Part shown: piece after piece, positions 37,776 to 47,210 of the stretch
Numbering within the stretch: position 1 is the first letter of the stretch
How the letters are laid out: each line of letters opens with the position of its first letter
Notes under the pieces: generated by a model
Database searches by the model: none
Told to the model about the DNA's origin: nothing
What the model saw: only the letters and a program-made list of their open reading frames with translations
Position numbers and translations under genes: made by a program
Origin: an uncultured Fibrobacteraceae bacterium
Lineage (GTDB): Bacteria; Krumholzibacteriota; Krumholzibacteriia; LZORAL124-64-63
Direction: 5' to 3'
Assembly: GCA_964637835.1 (NCBI GenBank)
Contig: CAZWYF010000002.1
Location: forward strand, 84,614-148,613
Length of the DNA: 64,000 nt

Positions 37776-39247
37776 GGATCCTGATGATCACCGCGGAGAT
37801 GGCGCCGCTGGTGAAGATCGGCGGCCTGGCCGACGTCACCGGGGCGCTGCCGGCCGCCCTGGCCGCCCACGGCCACGAGGTGCGGGTGGTGCTGCCGCTC
37901 TACGGCCATCTCGATCGCCGGGCGCAGGACCTGCAACCGCGCCCGGAGACCGGGCCGTTGCCCCTGCGCGTGGGGCAGGCCGTGCACACGGTACGCTTCT
38001 GGTCCTGGCCGGCGGCCCCGGCGGGGGTCCAGGTGGACCTGGTGGAGTGCCGGGACCTGTTCGGTCGTCCCGGGGTCTATGCCGATCCCGCAGGCGCGGT
38101 GTTCGGCGACACGCTCGAGCGGGCCAGCTGCCTCTGCGCCGCGGCCCTGGCCCTGCCCGAGCTGCTCGACTGGCCGGTGGACGTGGTCCACGCCCACGAC
38201 GTGCACGCCGCGCTGGCCCCCCACTACCGCGCCCACTGGTACGCCGGCCGCGAGCTGCCCGGCCCGGCGGCCACCATGCTGACCATCCACAACCTGGCCC
38301 ACCAGCAGCTCGAGCCGGCGGGCGCCATCGTCCGCGTGGGGCTGCCCCGCGAGCTGGCCGAGTATCCCGGTCCCTTCGAGTTCCACGGCCACTGCAACCT
38401 GCTGAAGGCCGGCATCCTGGCCGCCGACCACGTCAACACCGTCAGCCCCACCTACGCGCGGGAGGTGGTGGCCGACGCCACCGCCGGCTGTGGCCTGCAC
38501 GGCGTGCTCGCCGCGCGCGGCGAGGCCTTCGACGGCATCGTCAACGGTGTGGACACCCGCACCTGGGACCCCTCGCGCGACCGCCACCTGCCGGCGCGCT
38601 ACCACGCCCAGGACCTGGTGGGCAAGTCCGTCTGCCGGTCGCGACTGCTCCGTGACGCCGGCCTGGAGGAGGATCAGCGCCCGCTGCTGGGCGTGGTCAG
38701 CCGCCTGGTGCCGCAGAAGGGCATCGACCTGGTGTGCGACCTGCTGGATCGCCTGGTGGACGGGGGCTTCTCCCTGCTGGTCCTGGGGACGGGCGACGCG
38801 CCCCTGCACGAGCAGCTCGCCGCCGCGGCGGCCCGGCATCCGGGGCGGGTGGCCTTCCGTCCGGAGTTCAGCGAGTCGTGGGCCCATCGCATCTACGCCG
38901 GCAGCGACCTCTTCCTCATGCCCAGCCGCTTCGAGCCCTGCGGCCTGGGCCAGCTCTACGCCCTGCGCTACGGGACCTTGCCCGTGGTGCGCCGCACCGG
39001 CGGCCTGGCCGACACCATCGCCGACGTCGACACCGCCGGTGGCACCGGCTTCGTGTTCGACGAGCCCACGCCCGACGCCCTCTGGCAGGCCCTGGTGCGC
39101 GCCCGCGCCACCCGGGAGGACACCGTCCGCTGGCGCGCCATGCAGCGCCGCGGCATGCAGCGCGACGTCTCCTGGGAGATCAGCGCCGCCGCCTACGCCG
39201 CGCGCTACCGCCGGCTGGTCCCCGTCGCCGCGGAGGTGGCGCCATGA
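37772..39247 (+). CDS. glgA: Glycogen synthase (ADP-glucose type, GT5)
   Basis: 'MRILMITAEMAPLVKIGGLADVTGALP' canonical GlgA N-terminus. C-terminal 'SRFEPCGL' block. Confidence 0.92.
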   Translation: MRILMITAEMAPLVKIGGLADVTGALPAALAAHGHEVRVVLPLYGHLDRRAQDLQPRPETGPLPLRVGQAVHTVRFWSWPAAPAGVQVDLVECRDLFGRPGVYADPAGAVFGDTLERASCLCAAALALPELLDWPVDVVHAHDVHAALAPHYRAHWYAGRELPGPAATMLTIHNLAHQQLEPAGAIVRVGLPRELAEYPGPFEFHGHCNLLKAGILAADHVNTVSPTYAREVVADATAGCGLHGVLAARGEAFDGIVNGVDTRTWDPSRDRHLPARYHAQDLVGKSVCRSRLLRDAGLEEDQRPLLGVVSRLVPQKGIDLVCDLLDRLVDGGFSLLVLGTGDAPLHEQLAAAAARHPGRVAFRPEFSESWAHRIYAGSDLFLMPSRFEPCGLGQLYALRYGTLPVVRRTGGLADTIADVDTAGGTGFVFDEPTPDALWQALVRARATREDTVRWRAMQRRGMQRDVSWEISAAAYAARYRRLVPVAAEVAP

Positions 39248-40998
39248 ATGATCCCGTGACCCTCGATGAGCTCGCCCACCGCAGCCTGGCCGCCACCCAG
39301 ACGCCCCTGCTGGTGGTGGACGCCCGCTGGCGCGTGCTCCTGGCCAGCACCGGCGCCGGCCGTCTCTACGCCGAGGAGCCGGCGGACCTGGTGGGCCGAT
39401 CCCTGGAGGAGCTGGTCACCAGCACCGACCCGTTCGCAGGGTGCGACGACCCCGGCTGTCCCGACCGCGGGTGCGTCCGGCAGCTGGACCTGTGCGTGGG
39501 CGACGCCACCGTGGCCGCCGAGCTGCAGTGCGAGGCCTTCCGCGACGGCCAGGGACGGCTCCATCGCCTCCTGCTGATCCACGACGCCAGCGAGCTGGCC
39601 GCCCGCGACGCCATGCGTGCCGCCCGCCTGGCCAAGCTCAACCTGCTGAACCAGGTCTCGGAGGCCCTGTACGGCGCGCAGCTCTCCTTGCCCCAGGTGC
39701 TCGAGTCGGTGCTCATCGCCATGACCGCCGGCCAGGGCCTGCGCTTCAACCGCGCCTTCCTGCTGCTGGTGGACGAGCGCACCCGTTGCTTGCGCGGGGA
39801 GATCGCCATCGGCCCGAGCAGCCGCGAGGAGGCCGAGCGCATCTGGCGCGACCTGGCCGATCAGCCCACCGACCTCTACGAGATGATGACCAGCTACGAC
39901 CTCTCCCTCCGGGAGACCGACGTGGCGGTCAACAACATCGTCCGGCAGCTCTCCGTCTCCCTGGACGAGGGCCAGCACGTGCTCATCCGCGCGCTGCACG
40001 GTCGCCGCACGGTCCTGGTCACCGAGACCGACGACGGTCCGGGCACCGCCGACGTCCGTCGCTGGCTCGGCGTGGGCCGCTTCGCCGTGGCGCCCCTGGC
40101 CACCCGCCGCGGCGCCATCGGCGTGCTCATCGCCGACAATGCCATCAGCGGGCTGGAGATCACGGAGATGGACCTGGAGTTCCTCCAGCTCTTCGCCAAC
40201 CAGTCGGCCAACGCCATCGAGTCCTCCCGGCTGACCGAGGAGCTGGCGCGCAAGGTCCTGGACCTGCGCAAGGCCCAGCAGAAGCAGAAGGAGGACCAGC
40301 AGACCCTGCTGCGCATGGAGCGCCTGTCGGTCATGGGCGAGACCTCGGCCATCGTGGCCCACGAGCTGCGCAATCCCCTGGTGGCCATCGGCGGTTTCGC
40401 CCGGGCGCTGCTGCGCAGCCTGGAGGAGGACGACGCCAACCGGCAATACGCCCAGATCATCTCCGAGGAGGTGGCGCGCCTCGAGCGCATCATCCACGAC
40501 CTCCTCGACTTCATCCGGCCCCAGAAGATGATGCGTCGCAGCGTGGCTCCGGATACCATCGTGCAAGAAGTGGCACGAAAGATGCAGCCGACCCTGGACC
40601 ACGGGTCGGTGGCACTGCACCTCGACCTGCGGGCCGGGCCGGCGGAGGTCCACTGCCATCCCGGCGAGATCCAGCAGGTACTGCAGAACCTGGTGTTGAA
40701 CGCCGTCCAGGCCCAGCCGGACGGCGGGCGCATCCGCCTGGCGAGCCGGTCGCTCGAGGGCGGCGTGCTCATCCAGGTGGCGGATGACGGACCGGGGCTG
40801 GCCAGGGACGTGGCGGACAAGATGTTCTCGCCGTTCTTCACCACCAAGTCCGCGGGCTCGGGTCTGGGACTGACCATCTGCGCCCAGATCATCAAGGCCC
40901 ACGGCGGGGTGCTGCGGGGCGAGAACCTCGCCGACGGCGGCGCCAGCTTCAGCTTCATCCTGCCGCGACCAAAGCTGGAACCCGACCAGGGCGAGTAG
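39244..40998 (+). CDS. Cytoplasmic sensor histidine kinase (Cys-rich PAS-like region, GAF, HisKA, HATPase_c) embedded in the glycogen operon
   Basis: ATGA overlap with the glgA stop. No TM segment. 'FAGCDDPGCPDRGCVRQLDLCVGD...LQC' (5 Cys within 33 aa). GAF 'GRFAVAPLATRRGAIGVLIADN'. H-box 'VAHELRNPLVAIGGFARAL'. G-boxes 'VADDGPGL', 'GSGLGLTIC'. Confidence 0.85.
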   Translation: MNDPVTLDELAHRSLAATQTPLLVVDARWRVLLASTGAGRLYAEEPADLVGRSLEELVTSTDPFAGCDDPGCPDRGCVRQLDLCVGDATVAAELQCEAFRDGQGRLHRLLLIHDASELAARDAMRAARLAKLNLLNQVSEALYGAQLSLPQVLESVLIAMTAGQGLRFNRAFLLLVDERTRCLRGEIAIGPSSREEAERIWRDLADQPTDLYEMMTSYDLSLRETDVAVNNIVRQLSVSLDEGQHVLIRALHGRRTVLVTETDDGPGTADVRRWLGVGRFAVAPLATRRGAIGVLIADNAISGLEITEMDLEFLQLFANQSANAIESSRLTEELARKVLDLRKAQQKQKEDQQTLLRMERLSVMGETSAIVAHELRNPLVAIGGFARALLRSLEEDDANRQYAQIISEEVARLERIIHDLLDFIRPQKMMRRSVAPDTIVQEVARKMQPTLDHGSVALHLDLRAGPAEVHCHPGEIQQVLQNLVLNAVQAQPDGGRIRLASRSLEGGVLIQVADDGPGLARDVADKMFSPFFTTKSAGSGLGLTICAQIIKAHGGVLRGENLADGGASFSFILPRPKLEPDQGE

Positions 40999-41076
40999 AG
41001 TTTTCCTGGAACCGCAGCCGGCCATTTGCTAGCCTGCGAGTGGAGATCCTGGAACCCGCACGAAGGAGGGTGTTCC

Positions 41077-41445
41077 ATGGCCAAGGTCCTCATCGTCGAC
41101 GACGAACCGCATCTGCGCCTGCTCTACGAGACGGAACTCCGTCGAGCCGGCTACGAGACCATGACCGCGAGCAATGCCGAGCAGGGACTCGAGTACGTCC
41201 AGACCATGCAGCCGGATCTGGTGATCCTGGACATCCGCATGGCGGGGATGGATGGAATTGAGGCCTTGCAAAGGATCCTGGATATGGATAATACCATACC
41301 GGTGATCCTGAACACCGCCTACTCGAGCTATCGCGAGAACTACCTCACCTGGTCGGCCGACGCGTACATCACCAAGTCGTCGGATACCACGGCCCTGCTC
41401 GAGAAGGTCAAGGAACTGCTGCACGCGAAGACGGTCGAGAACTGA
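41077..41445 (+). CDS. Single-domain response regulator (REC only)
   Basis: GAAGGAGGG RBS. 'VLIVDDEPH', 'LVILDIRMAGMDG', 'VILNTAYS', 'YITKSS'. Confidence 0.85.
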   Translation: MAKVLIVDDEPHLRLLYETELRRAGYETMTASNAEQGLEYVQTMQPDLVILDIRMAGMDGIEALQRILDMDNTIPVILNTAYSSYRENYLTWSADAYITKSSDTTALLEKVKELLHAKTVEN

Positions 41446-41468
41446 GCCCGGGTTCCGGCCTCGCGTGG

Positions 41469-42755
41469 ATGGCGAGCCCGCGGGCGCCGGGAGCATGGCC
41501 GGTGGATATTCTCGAACGCATACGTCGCACGCTGACCATCGTCCTGGCCGGCGGGCAGGGCGAACGCCTGTACCCGCTGACCAAGGACCGTTCCAAGCCC
41601 TCGGTCCCCTTCGGCGGGAACTACCGCATCATCGATTTCACCCTGTCCAACTGCTTCAACTCGGGCCTGCGGCGCATCTACGTGCTGACCCAGTACAAGA
41701 GCTACAGCCTGGACAAGCACCTGCAGCGCGGCTGGAACATCTTCAACTACGAGGCGGACGAGTTCCTCTACCGTATCCCCCCGCAGCATCGCGTGGGCAC
41801 CAAGTGGTACGAGGGCACCGCCGACGCCATCTACCACAACATCTATCTGCTGGAGAAGGACAAGCCGGAGCACGTCCTGGTCCTCTCGGGCGACCACGTC
41901 TACAAGATGGACTACGGGGACTTCATGACCTTCCACCTCGGCCACGGCGCGCCCTTCTCCCTGTGCGCGGCGGTGGTTCCCCGCGAGGGCGCCCATCACT
42001 TCGGCATCCTCGAGGTGGACGAGGACTGGCGGGTGATCGGCTACGAGGAGAAGCCGCCCAACCCCAAGACCATCCCCGGCGATCCCGAGCACTGCCTGGT
42101 CAACATGGGTGTCTACCTGGTGGACACCGAGTGCCTGGTCAAGGAGCTCTGCCACGACTCGCGGCGTACCGACAGCCACCACGATTTCGGCAAGAACATC
42201 ATCCCGCGGCTGGTCCAGCACGGCGAGGTCTTCGCCTACCCGTTCCGTGACGCCGGGAGTCGCGAACCCCTCTACTGGCGCGACATCGGGACCCTGGACA
42301 GCTTCTATGCGGCCGCCATGGACCTGCTCTCGCGCCGGCCGCCCCTGGACCTCTACGACCGCGACTGGCCGTTCCGGGCCTGGCAGCCGCCGGTCCCCCC
42401 GGCCAAGTCGGTGCACAGCTTCAACGAGGACGAGCCGCAACCCGGCATCCTGGCCAACTCCATCATCGGCGGCGGCTCGATCATCTCCGGCGCCCGCGTC
42501 GAGAAGTCCATCCTGCACCGCGGCGTGAAGGTGAACTCCTACGCCAAGGTCTCCGGGAGCATCCTCATGGACGGCGTGCAGGTGGGCCGTTACGCCGACC
42601 TGCACCGGGTGATCTGCGACAAGGACGTGGTGATCCCCGAGGGGCTGGTGATCGGCCGCGACCTGGAGCAGGACCGCGAGCTGTTCACCGTCACCCAGGA
42701 CGGTATCGTGGTGATCCCCAAGGAGATGGACCTCTCCGGCCTCGGCGGCGGTTGA
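41469..42755 (+). CDS. glgC: Glucose-1-phosphate adenylyltransferase
   Basis: 'IVLAGGQGERLYPLTKDRSKPSVPFGGNYRIIDFTLSNCFNSGLRRIYVLTQYKSYSL'. C-terminal left-handed beta-helix 'GGGSIISGARVEKSILHRGVKV'. Alternative GTG start at 41502. Confidence 0.92.
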   Translation: MASPRAPGAWPVDILERIRRTLTIVLAGGQGERLYPLTKDRSKPSVPFGGNYRIIDFTLSNCFNSGLRRIYVLTQYKSYSLDKHLQRGWNIFNYEADEFLYRIPPQHRVGTKWYEGTADAIYHNIYLLEKDKPEHVLVLSGDHVYKMDYGDFMTFHLGHGAPFSLCAAVVPREGAHHFGILEVDEDWRVIGYEEKPPNPKTIPGDPEHCLVNMGVYLVDTECLVKELCHDSRRTDSHHDFGKNIIPRLVQHGEVFAYPFRDAGSREPLYWRDIGTLDSFYAAAMDLLSRRPPLDLYDRDWPFRAWQPPVPPAKSVHSFNEDEPQPGILANSIIGGGSIISGARVEKSILHRGVKVNSYAKVSGSILMDGVQVGRYADLHRVICDKDVVIPEGLVIGRDLEQDRELFTVTQDGIVVIPKEMDLSGLGGG

Positions 42756-42855
42756 CCGCGGGCCCCGGCGGGATCACATTGTCCAGCGATCATCGTCCAG
42801 CATCCGGGGCAGCCAGGCGGCTGCCCCGCCCGGACCCCCGCGATCCCGAGGCCCC

Positions 42856-43263
42856 ATGACCGATCGACAGAATCCCCGCGACCGCGCTGGCCAGGGCGCC
42901 GACGAGTTCGACCTCACGGCGTCCGAGGTGGAGATCGCCCTGATCTGCCTGCGCTTCTTCCGTGGCGACTGGGACATGTACCTGGACTACCTCCAGGGTT
43001 CACGCGTCACGCCCGAACAGCGTCGCCGCGACCTGCCGCTGGTCGAATCCCTCCGCGACCGCGACCGCCGGACCGAGTTCCTCACCGCCTTCCTCGAGGA
43101 CGAGGTGGTGGCCCTGGCCCAGCGGCTCGGCTTCGACCAGCTCCTGAGGATCTGGGAGCACGCCCTCGAGCTCGACCCCGAGTCCGAGCCGTTTCCCGAG
43201 TTCCACGGCGAGGGCGCGGCCGAGGACGACGGGGGGGACGATGCGCCGACGACGTTGCACTGA
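42856..43263 (+). CDS. Hypothetical acidic protein (135 aa), possibly the last gene of the glg operon
   Basis: No recognisable motifs. C-terminus 'EGAAEDDGGDDAPTTLH'. Same strand, 100 bp after glgC. Confidence 0.4.
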   Translation: MTDRQNPRDRAGQGADEFDLTASEVEIALICLRFFRGDWDMYLDYLQGSRVTPEQRRRDLPLVESLRDRDRRTEFLTAFLEDEVVALAQRLGFDQLLRIWEHALELDPESEPFPEFHGEGAAEDDGGDDAPTTLH

Positions 43264-43395
43264 GGCGGTGGGGTGAGGGGCCATGGTGGCGAAGGTCCTC
43301 GCGAAGGGTGGGCCTGGACGGCCCACCCTTCTGCTGCGGAGTTTCGCCATCAGGACGGAGCGACCCTACCCCCCAGGCGAGCGCCGGGAGCCGGA

Positions 43396-44187
43396 TCAGA
43401 GGACGTAGAACTCCGGCCGGCGATCGGCGAGGAGGTGATTGCGCGGCGTGATCCGGTGGTCGCAGAGGGCGAGGTCGAGCTCGGCGACGGCGGCCTCGGG
43501 ACGATCCTCGCTGCCGAGGACCAGGCGCTCGGCGGTGGGCGCGCAGATGGTGCTGCGACCGATGAAGTCCAGGGCCTCGGCGGTGCGGTGCTCGCGGCCG
43601 ACGCGATTGGCGGTCAGGGTGAAGACGCGGTTCTCCAGGGCGCGGATGCGCATGGCGTCCGGGCAGTGGGGCAGCACCAGGTTCGAGGGGTGGGCGACCA
43701 CGCGGGCACCGCGGCGGCCCAGGGTGCCGGCGGCCTCGGGGAACTGCCAGTCGAAGCAGATCATCAGGCCCACGGTGGTGCCGCAGGCCGCGAACACGGG
43801 CAGGCCCAGGTCGCCCGGGTCGAAGACCAGCTTCTCGTCCCAGAACAGGTGGAGCTTGCGGTAACGGTCGATGCGGCCATCGGGCTGGACCAGGACGGCG
43901 CTGTTGTAGAGGCGCTGGCCGTGGGCCTCGGCCAGGCCGGCCACCAGGGTGGTGCCGGTGCGCGCGGCGTGGTCGCGGAGCGCCGCGCAGCTGGGGCCAT
44001 CGGGGATGGGCTCGGCCAGTCGCTTCAGTTCCTCGCGATCGCGGAACTGGTAGCCGGTGGCGCAGAGCTCCGGCAGGACGGCCAGGTCGCAATGGTCGGG
44101 CACCAGGGCGAGGGCGGCCGCCAGGTTGGCGGCGGGCTCGCCGAAGACGGGGTCGGTCTGGATCACGGCGGCACGCAGGACGGTCAT
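43396..44187 (-). CDS. Carbon-nitrogen hydrolase (nitrilase superfamily)
   Basis: Catalytic triad blocks 'VLPELCATGY' (Glu), 'YRKLHLF' (Lys), 'GLMICFDWQFPE' (Cys). ATG at 44187 with GGAGGAG RBS. 4-bp overlap with the upstream GT4 gene. Confidence 0.8.
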   Translation of the reverse strand: MTVLRAAVIQTDPVFGEPAANLAAALALVPDHCDLAVLPELCATGYQFRDREELKRLAEPIPDGPSCAALRDHAARTGTTLVAGLAEAHGQRLYNSAVLVQPDGRIDRYRKLHLFWDEKLVFDPGDLGLPVFAACGTTVGLMICFDWQFPEAAGTLGRRGARVVAHPSNLVLPHCPDAMRIRALENRVFTLTANRVGREHRTAEALDFIGRSTICAPTAERLVLGSEDRPEAAVAELDLALCDHRITPRNHLLADRRPEFYVL

Positions 44188-45335
44188 GGCATCTCCTCCG
44201 GACAGGTCAGGGCCAGCAGGCGGTCCCAGCACCGCTCGGCGTCGAGGACGGCCTCGGCGCGGCGTCGGCCCGCCGCTCCCAGTCTGGTCGCCAGCTCGTG
44301 GTCGGACAAGAGCGCGCTCAGGGCGGCGGCCAGCTCGTCCGGCCGGTCCGGGGGCACCAGCAGGCCGGTCTTTCCGCCGGCGATCACCTCCGGCAAGCTG
44401 CTCGTGTCTGCCGCCACCACCGGCAGGCCGCAGGCCGAGGCCTCGGCGGCTGCCAGACCGTAACCCTCGGCTCGCGAGGGCAGTACGGCCACGCGGCAGC
44501 CGGCCCAGAAGCCGGGCACGTCCTCCACGAATCCCCTCAGCTCGACGCTCCGGGGACTCGCGAGGCCGGCACGCCAGCGCTCCAGGATCGGGCGCAGGGG
44601 ACCCTCGCCCGCCAGGCGCAGCACGGGGCCCGCCACCGTGGCCGCCGCGCCCGGCGGCGAGGCTCCCGGCGGCGAGGCTCCCGGCGCGGCGGTGGCGATG
44701 ATCTGCTCCCAGGCGGCCATGAGCGCCTCGAGCCCCTTGCGAGCGATGAGCTGGCCCACGTACCCCACCACCGGCGGCCGGGCGGCCAGCTCCGGCCCCT
44801 GGGGGCGGAACCGTCGCGTGTCCACGCCCTTCATCAGCAGCTGGACGCGGGCGGGGTCCAGCCAGGGGACGCTCGCGAGCACCGTCCGCCGCGTGGCCTC
44901 GCTGCCCACGAGCACCCCGGTGGCCGCGTGGTGGAAGTACCACCGGTAGTGGCTCCTGTCCTTGAGCGGGAAGTCGCTCTCGCGGCTGGCCAGGCGCACC
45001 GGCACGCCGGCCCAGCGTCCGGCCAGGCCGGCCGCCTTGACGTCCTTGGTCAGGTTGCAGACCAGGGCGGTCACGCCCTGGCGCCGGAAATGCCACCAGA
45101 GCCGGGCCAGGGTCCAGGGGGCGCCGTCGCAACGGATGGGGATGGCGGCGGCGGGGACACCGGCCGCGCGGGCGCGCGCCAGCAGCGCGCTGCCGGGCCG
45201 GGCCACCAGGCTCGCACGCACGGCGCGCCGCTGCAGGGCCCGGGCGGCATCCAGGAACCAGAGCTCCGCTCCACCCAGCTCGCGCAGGGAGTTGACCAGG
45301 CAGACGTGTGGCGGCCGGCGGGCAGGGCGGGGCAT
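44184..45335 (-). CDS. Glycosyltransferase family 4 (GT1-fold)
   Basis: 'EGYGLAAAEASACGLPVVAADTSSLPEVI' EX7E-type C-terminal domain. Internal in-frame 15-bp duplication encodes GASPPGASPPG. Confidence 0.75.
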   Translation of the reverse strand: MPRPARRPPHVCLVNSLRELGGAELWFLDAARALQRRAVRASLVARPGSALLARARAAGVPAAAIPIRCDGAPWTLARLWWHFRRQGVTALVCNLTKDVKAAGLAGRWAGVPVRLASRESDFPLKDRSHYRWYFHHAATGVLVGSEATRRTVLASVPWLDPARVQLLMKGVDTRRFRPQGPELAARPPVVGYVGQLIARKGLEALMAAWEQIIATAAPGASPPGASPPGAAATVAGPVLRLAGEGPLRPILERWRAGLASPRSVELRGFVEDVPGFWAGCRVAVLPSRAEGYGLAAAEASACGLPVVAADTSSLPEVIAGGKTGLLVPPDRPDELAAALSALLSDHELATRLGAAGRRRAEAVLDAERCWDRLLALTCPEEMP

Positions 45336-45479
45336 TCCGGGCTACTCACCTTTTGTTTTTGATAAAGGCGTGCGGGCGTGCTTACTTTAGCCCCGATCGG
45401 CAGTCGGGGAAAGGCGCGGCCCAGGCATCAGCTGCCGCGACCCGCTCCCTTCCGGACCCAACCCCGGTGGAGGTTCCCG

Positions 45480-47210
45480 TTGGCTACCCAGGATCTGGTC
45501 GTCAGGATCGGCGGCGAGGGTGGCGAGGGCGTCATTTCCTGTGGCGAAATCCTGTCGAAGGCGGTGGCGCGTGGAGGTCTCAACATCCACGCGTTTCGCA
45601 CGTTTCCGGCGGAGATTCGCGGTGGTCTGGCCATGTTCCAGCTGCGTGGCAGCGATGGACCGGCCCGGTCGCTCAAGCAGTCGGTGGACGTTCTCTGCGC
45701 CATCAACCACAACGCATACGACGCCTATGTCAGCAACATCAGGGAAGACGGGTTCCTGGTCTACGACCCCGCCTTCGTCAAGCTGGACGACCGCCTCGGC
45801 AGCCGGCTGCGGCTCGAACTGCCCCTCGACGCGATCTCCAGGGAGGTCACCGAGTCGAGCCGCTCGAAGAACATGGTGGCCATGGGCGCCTTGCTCTTCG
45901 TCTTCGGCACACCGCTGGACTACGGCAAGACGCTGATCAAGGACCACTTCGGCAAGAAGGGCGACGCGGTGGTGCGGAGCAACCACGCCGCCGTGGAAGC
46001 GGGCTACCGCTTCGCCGAGCAGAACCTGGCCCAGTTGCAGAAGCCGTTCGAGCGGCAGCCCGAACGCGACCACATCCTGGTCTCGGGCAACGAGGCCGTG
46101 GCCCTCGGCGCCATCGCGGCCAAGGTGGACTTCGTGCCCGGTTATCCCATCACGCCGGCCACACCCATCTTCGAGTTCCTCTGCCGCGAGTTGCCCCGCT
46201 TCGGCGGCAGAGCGGTGCAGTTCGAGGACGAGATCGCCTCGCTCGCCGCCGGCATCGGCGCCAGCTTCGCCGGCGAGCGCGTGCTGACGGCCACGAGCGG
46301 GCCGGGCCTGTCGCTGATGAGCGAGACGCTGAACCTCGCGGCCATGACCGAGTGCCCCATCACCATCGTCAACGTGATGCGTGGCGGCCCGAGCACCGGC
46401 CTGCCCACCAAGACCGAGCAGTCGGATCTGAAGTTCGCCATCTACGGCACCAGTGGCGAGTCGCCGCGGTGCATCATGGCGCCGCTGGACATCTACGACT
46501 GCTTCTGGCAGACGGTCCGCGCGGTGCGCATCGCCGAGAAGTACCAGATCCCGGTGATCCTGCTGACGGACCAGGCCCTGGCCTACACCAGCCAGAACAT
46601 CCCCACCCCGGACCTCTCGGGTGTGGAGCTGGGTGAGCGCCTGGTGCCCGGACCGGAGGCCACGCGAGAGAACTTCAAGCGCTACGCCATCACCGACACG
46701 GGCATCAGCCCCATGCCGGTACCCGGCGTGCACGATCTGCCGTACATGTGCACCGGCCTGGAGCACACCGAGACCGGCGCGCCCAACTACACGCCGCAGA
46801 ACCACGAGGCCATGACCGAGAAGCGCTTCCGCAAGCTGAAGGCCCTCGGCAAGCGCATCGTGCAGCAGACGCAGGTGGAGGAGGACGAGTCGGAGGGCAC
46901 CGAGGTGGGCGTGATCGGCTGGGGCAGCACCTACGGCGCCATCTGCGAGGCCCTCGAGCAGATCGAGGCCGACACCGGCGTCCGGGTGGCGCACCTGCAC
47001 CCGCGCATCCTCTCGCCGCTCAACGAGTGGCGCATCCGCCAGTTCCTCGGCCCGCTGCGCAAGCTGATCGTGCCCGAGGAGAACTACACCGGTCAGTACG
47101 CGCACTTCCTCAAGGGCAAGTTCGGCATCAAGCCCATCGAGATCCACAAGGCGCATGGCGTGCCGTTCACCTCCGAGGAACTCTACGCCGCCATCCGGGA
47201 GGAGCTGTGA
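45480..47210 (+). CDS. korA: 2-oxoacid:ferredoxin oxidoreductase, fused gamma-alpha subunit (KorA-type)
   Basis: N-terminal gamma-domain 'LVVRIGGEGGEGVISCGEIL' then alpha-domain. TTG 45480 preceded by GGTGGAGG. The track ORF begins at 45378 but has no better start. Substrate (2-oxoglutarate vs other) cannot be told from sequence. Confidence 0.8.
   Translation: MATQDLVVRIGGEGGEGVISCGEILSKAVARGGLNIHAFRTFPAEIRGGLAMFQLRGSDGPARSLKQSVDVLCAINHNAYDAYVSNIREDGFLVYDPAFVKLDDRLGSRLRLELPLDAISREVTESSRSKNMVAMGALLFVFGTPLDYGKTLIKDHFGKKGDAVVRSNHAAVEAGYRFAEQNLAQLQKPFERQPERDHILVSGNEAVALGAIAAKVDFVPGYPITPATPIFEFLCRELPRFGGRAVQFEDEIASLAAGIGASFAGERVLTATSGPGLSLMSETLNLAAMTECPITIVNVMRGGPSTGLPTKTEQSDLKFAIYGTSGESPRCIMAPLDIYDCFWQTVRAVRIAEKYQIPVILLTDQALAYTSQNIPTPDLSGVELGERLVPGPEATRENFKRYAITDTGISPMPVPGVHDLPYMCTGLEHTETGAPNYTPQNHEAMTEKRFRKLKALGKRIVQQTQVEEDESEGTEVGVIGWGSTYGAICEALEQIEADTGVRVAHLHPRILSPLNEWRIRQFLGPLRKLIVPEENYTGQYAHFLKGKFGIKPIEIHKAHGVPFTSEELYAAIREEL

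Noticed and set aside
41001-41030. Possible sigma-54 promoter (TGGAAC...TTGCT) upstream of the response regulator gene
   Set aside because: GG-to-GC spacing is about 19 nt rather than the obligatory 10-11, so it does not fit the -24/-12 consensus. Retained only as a direct-repeat observation.
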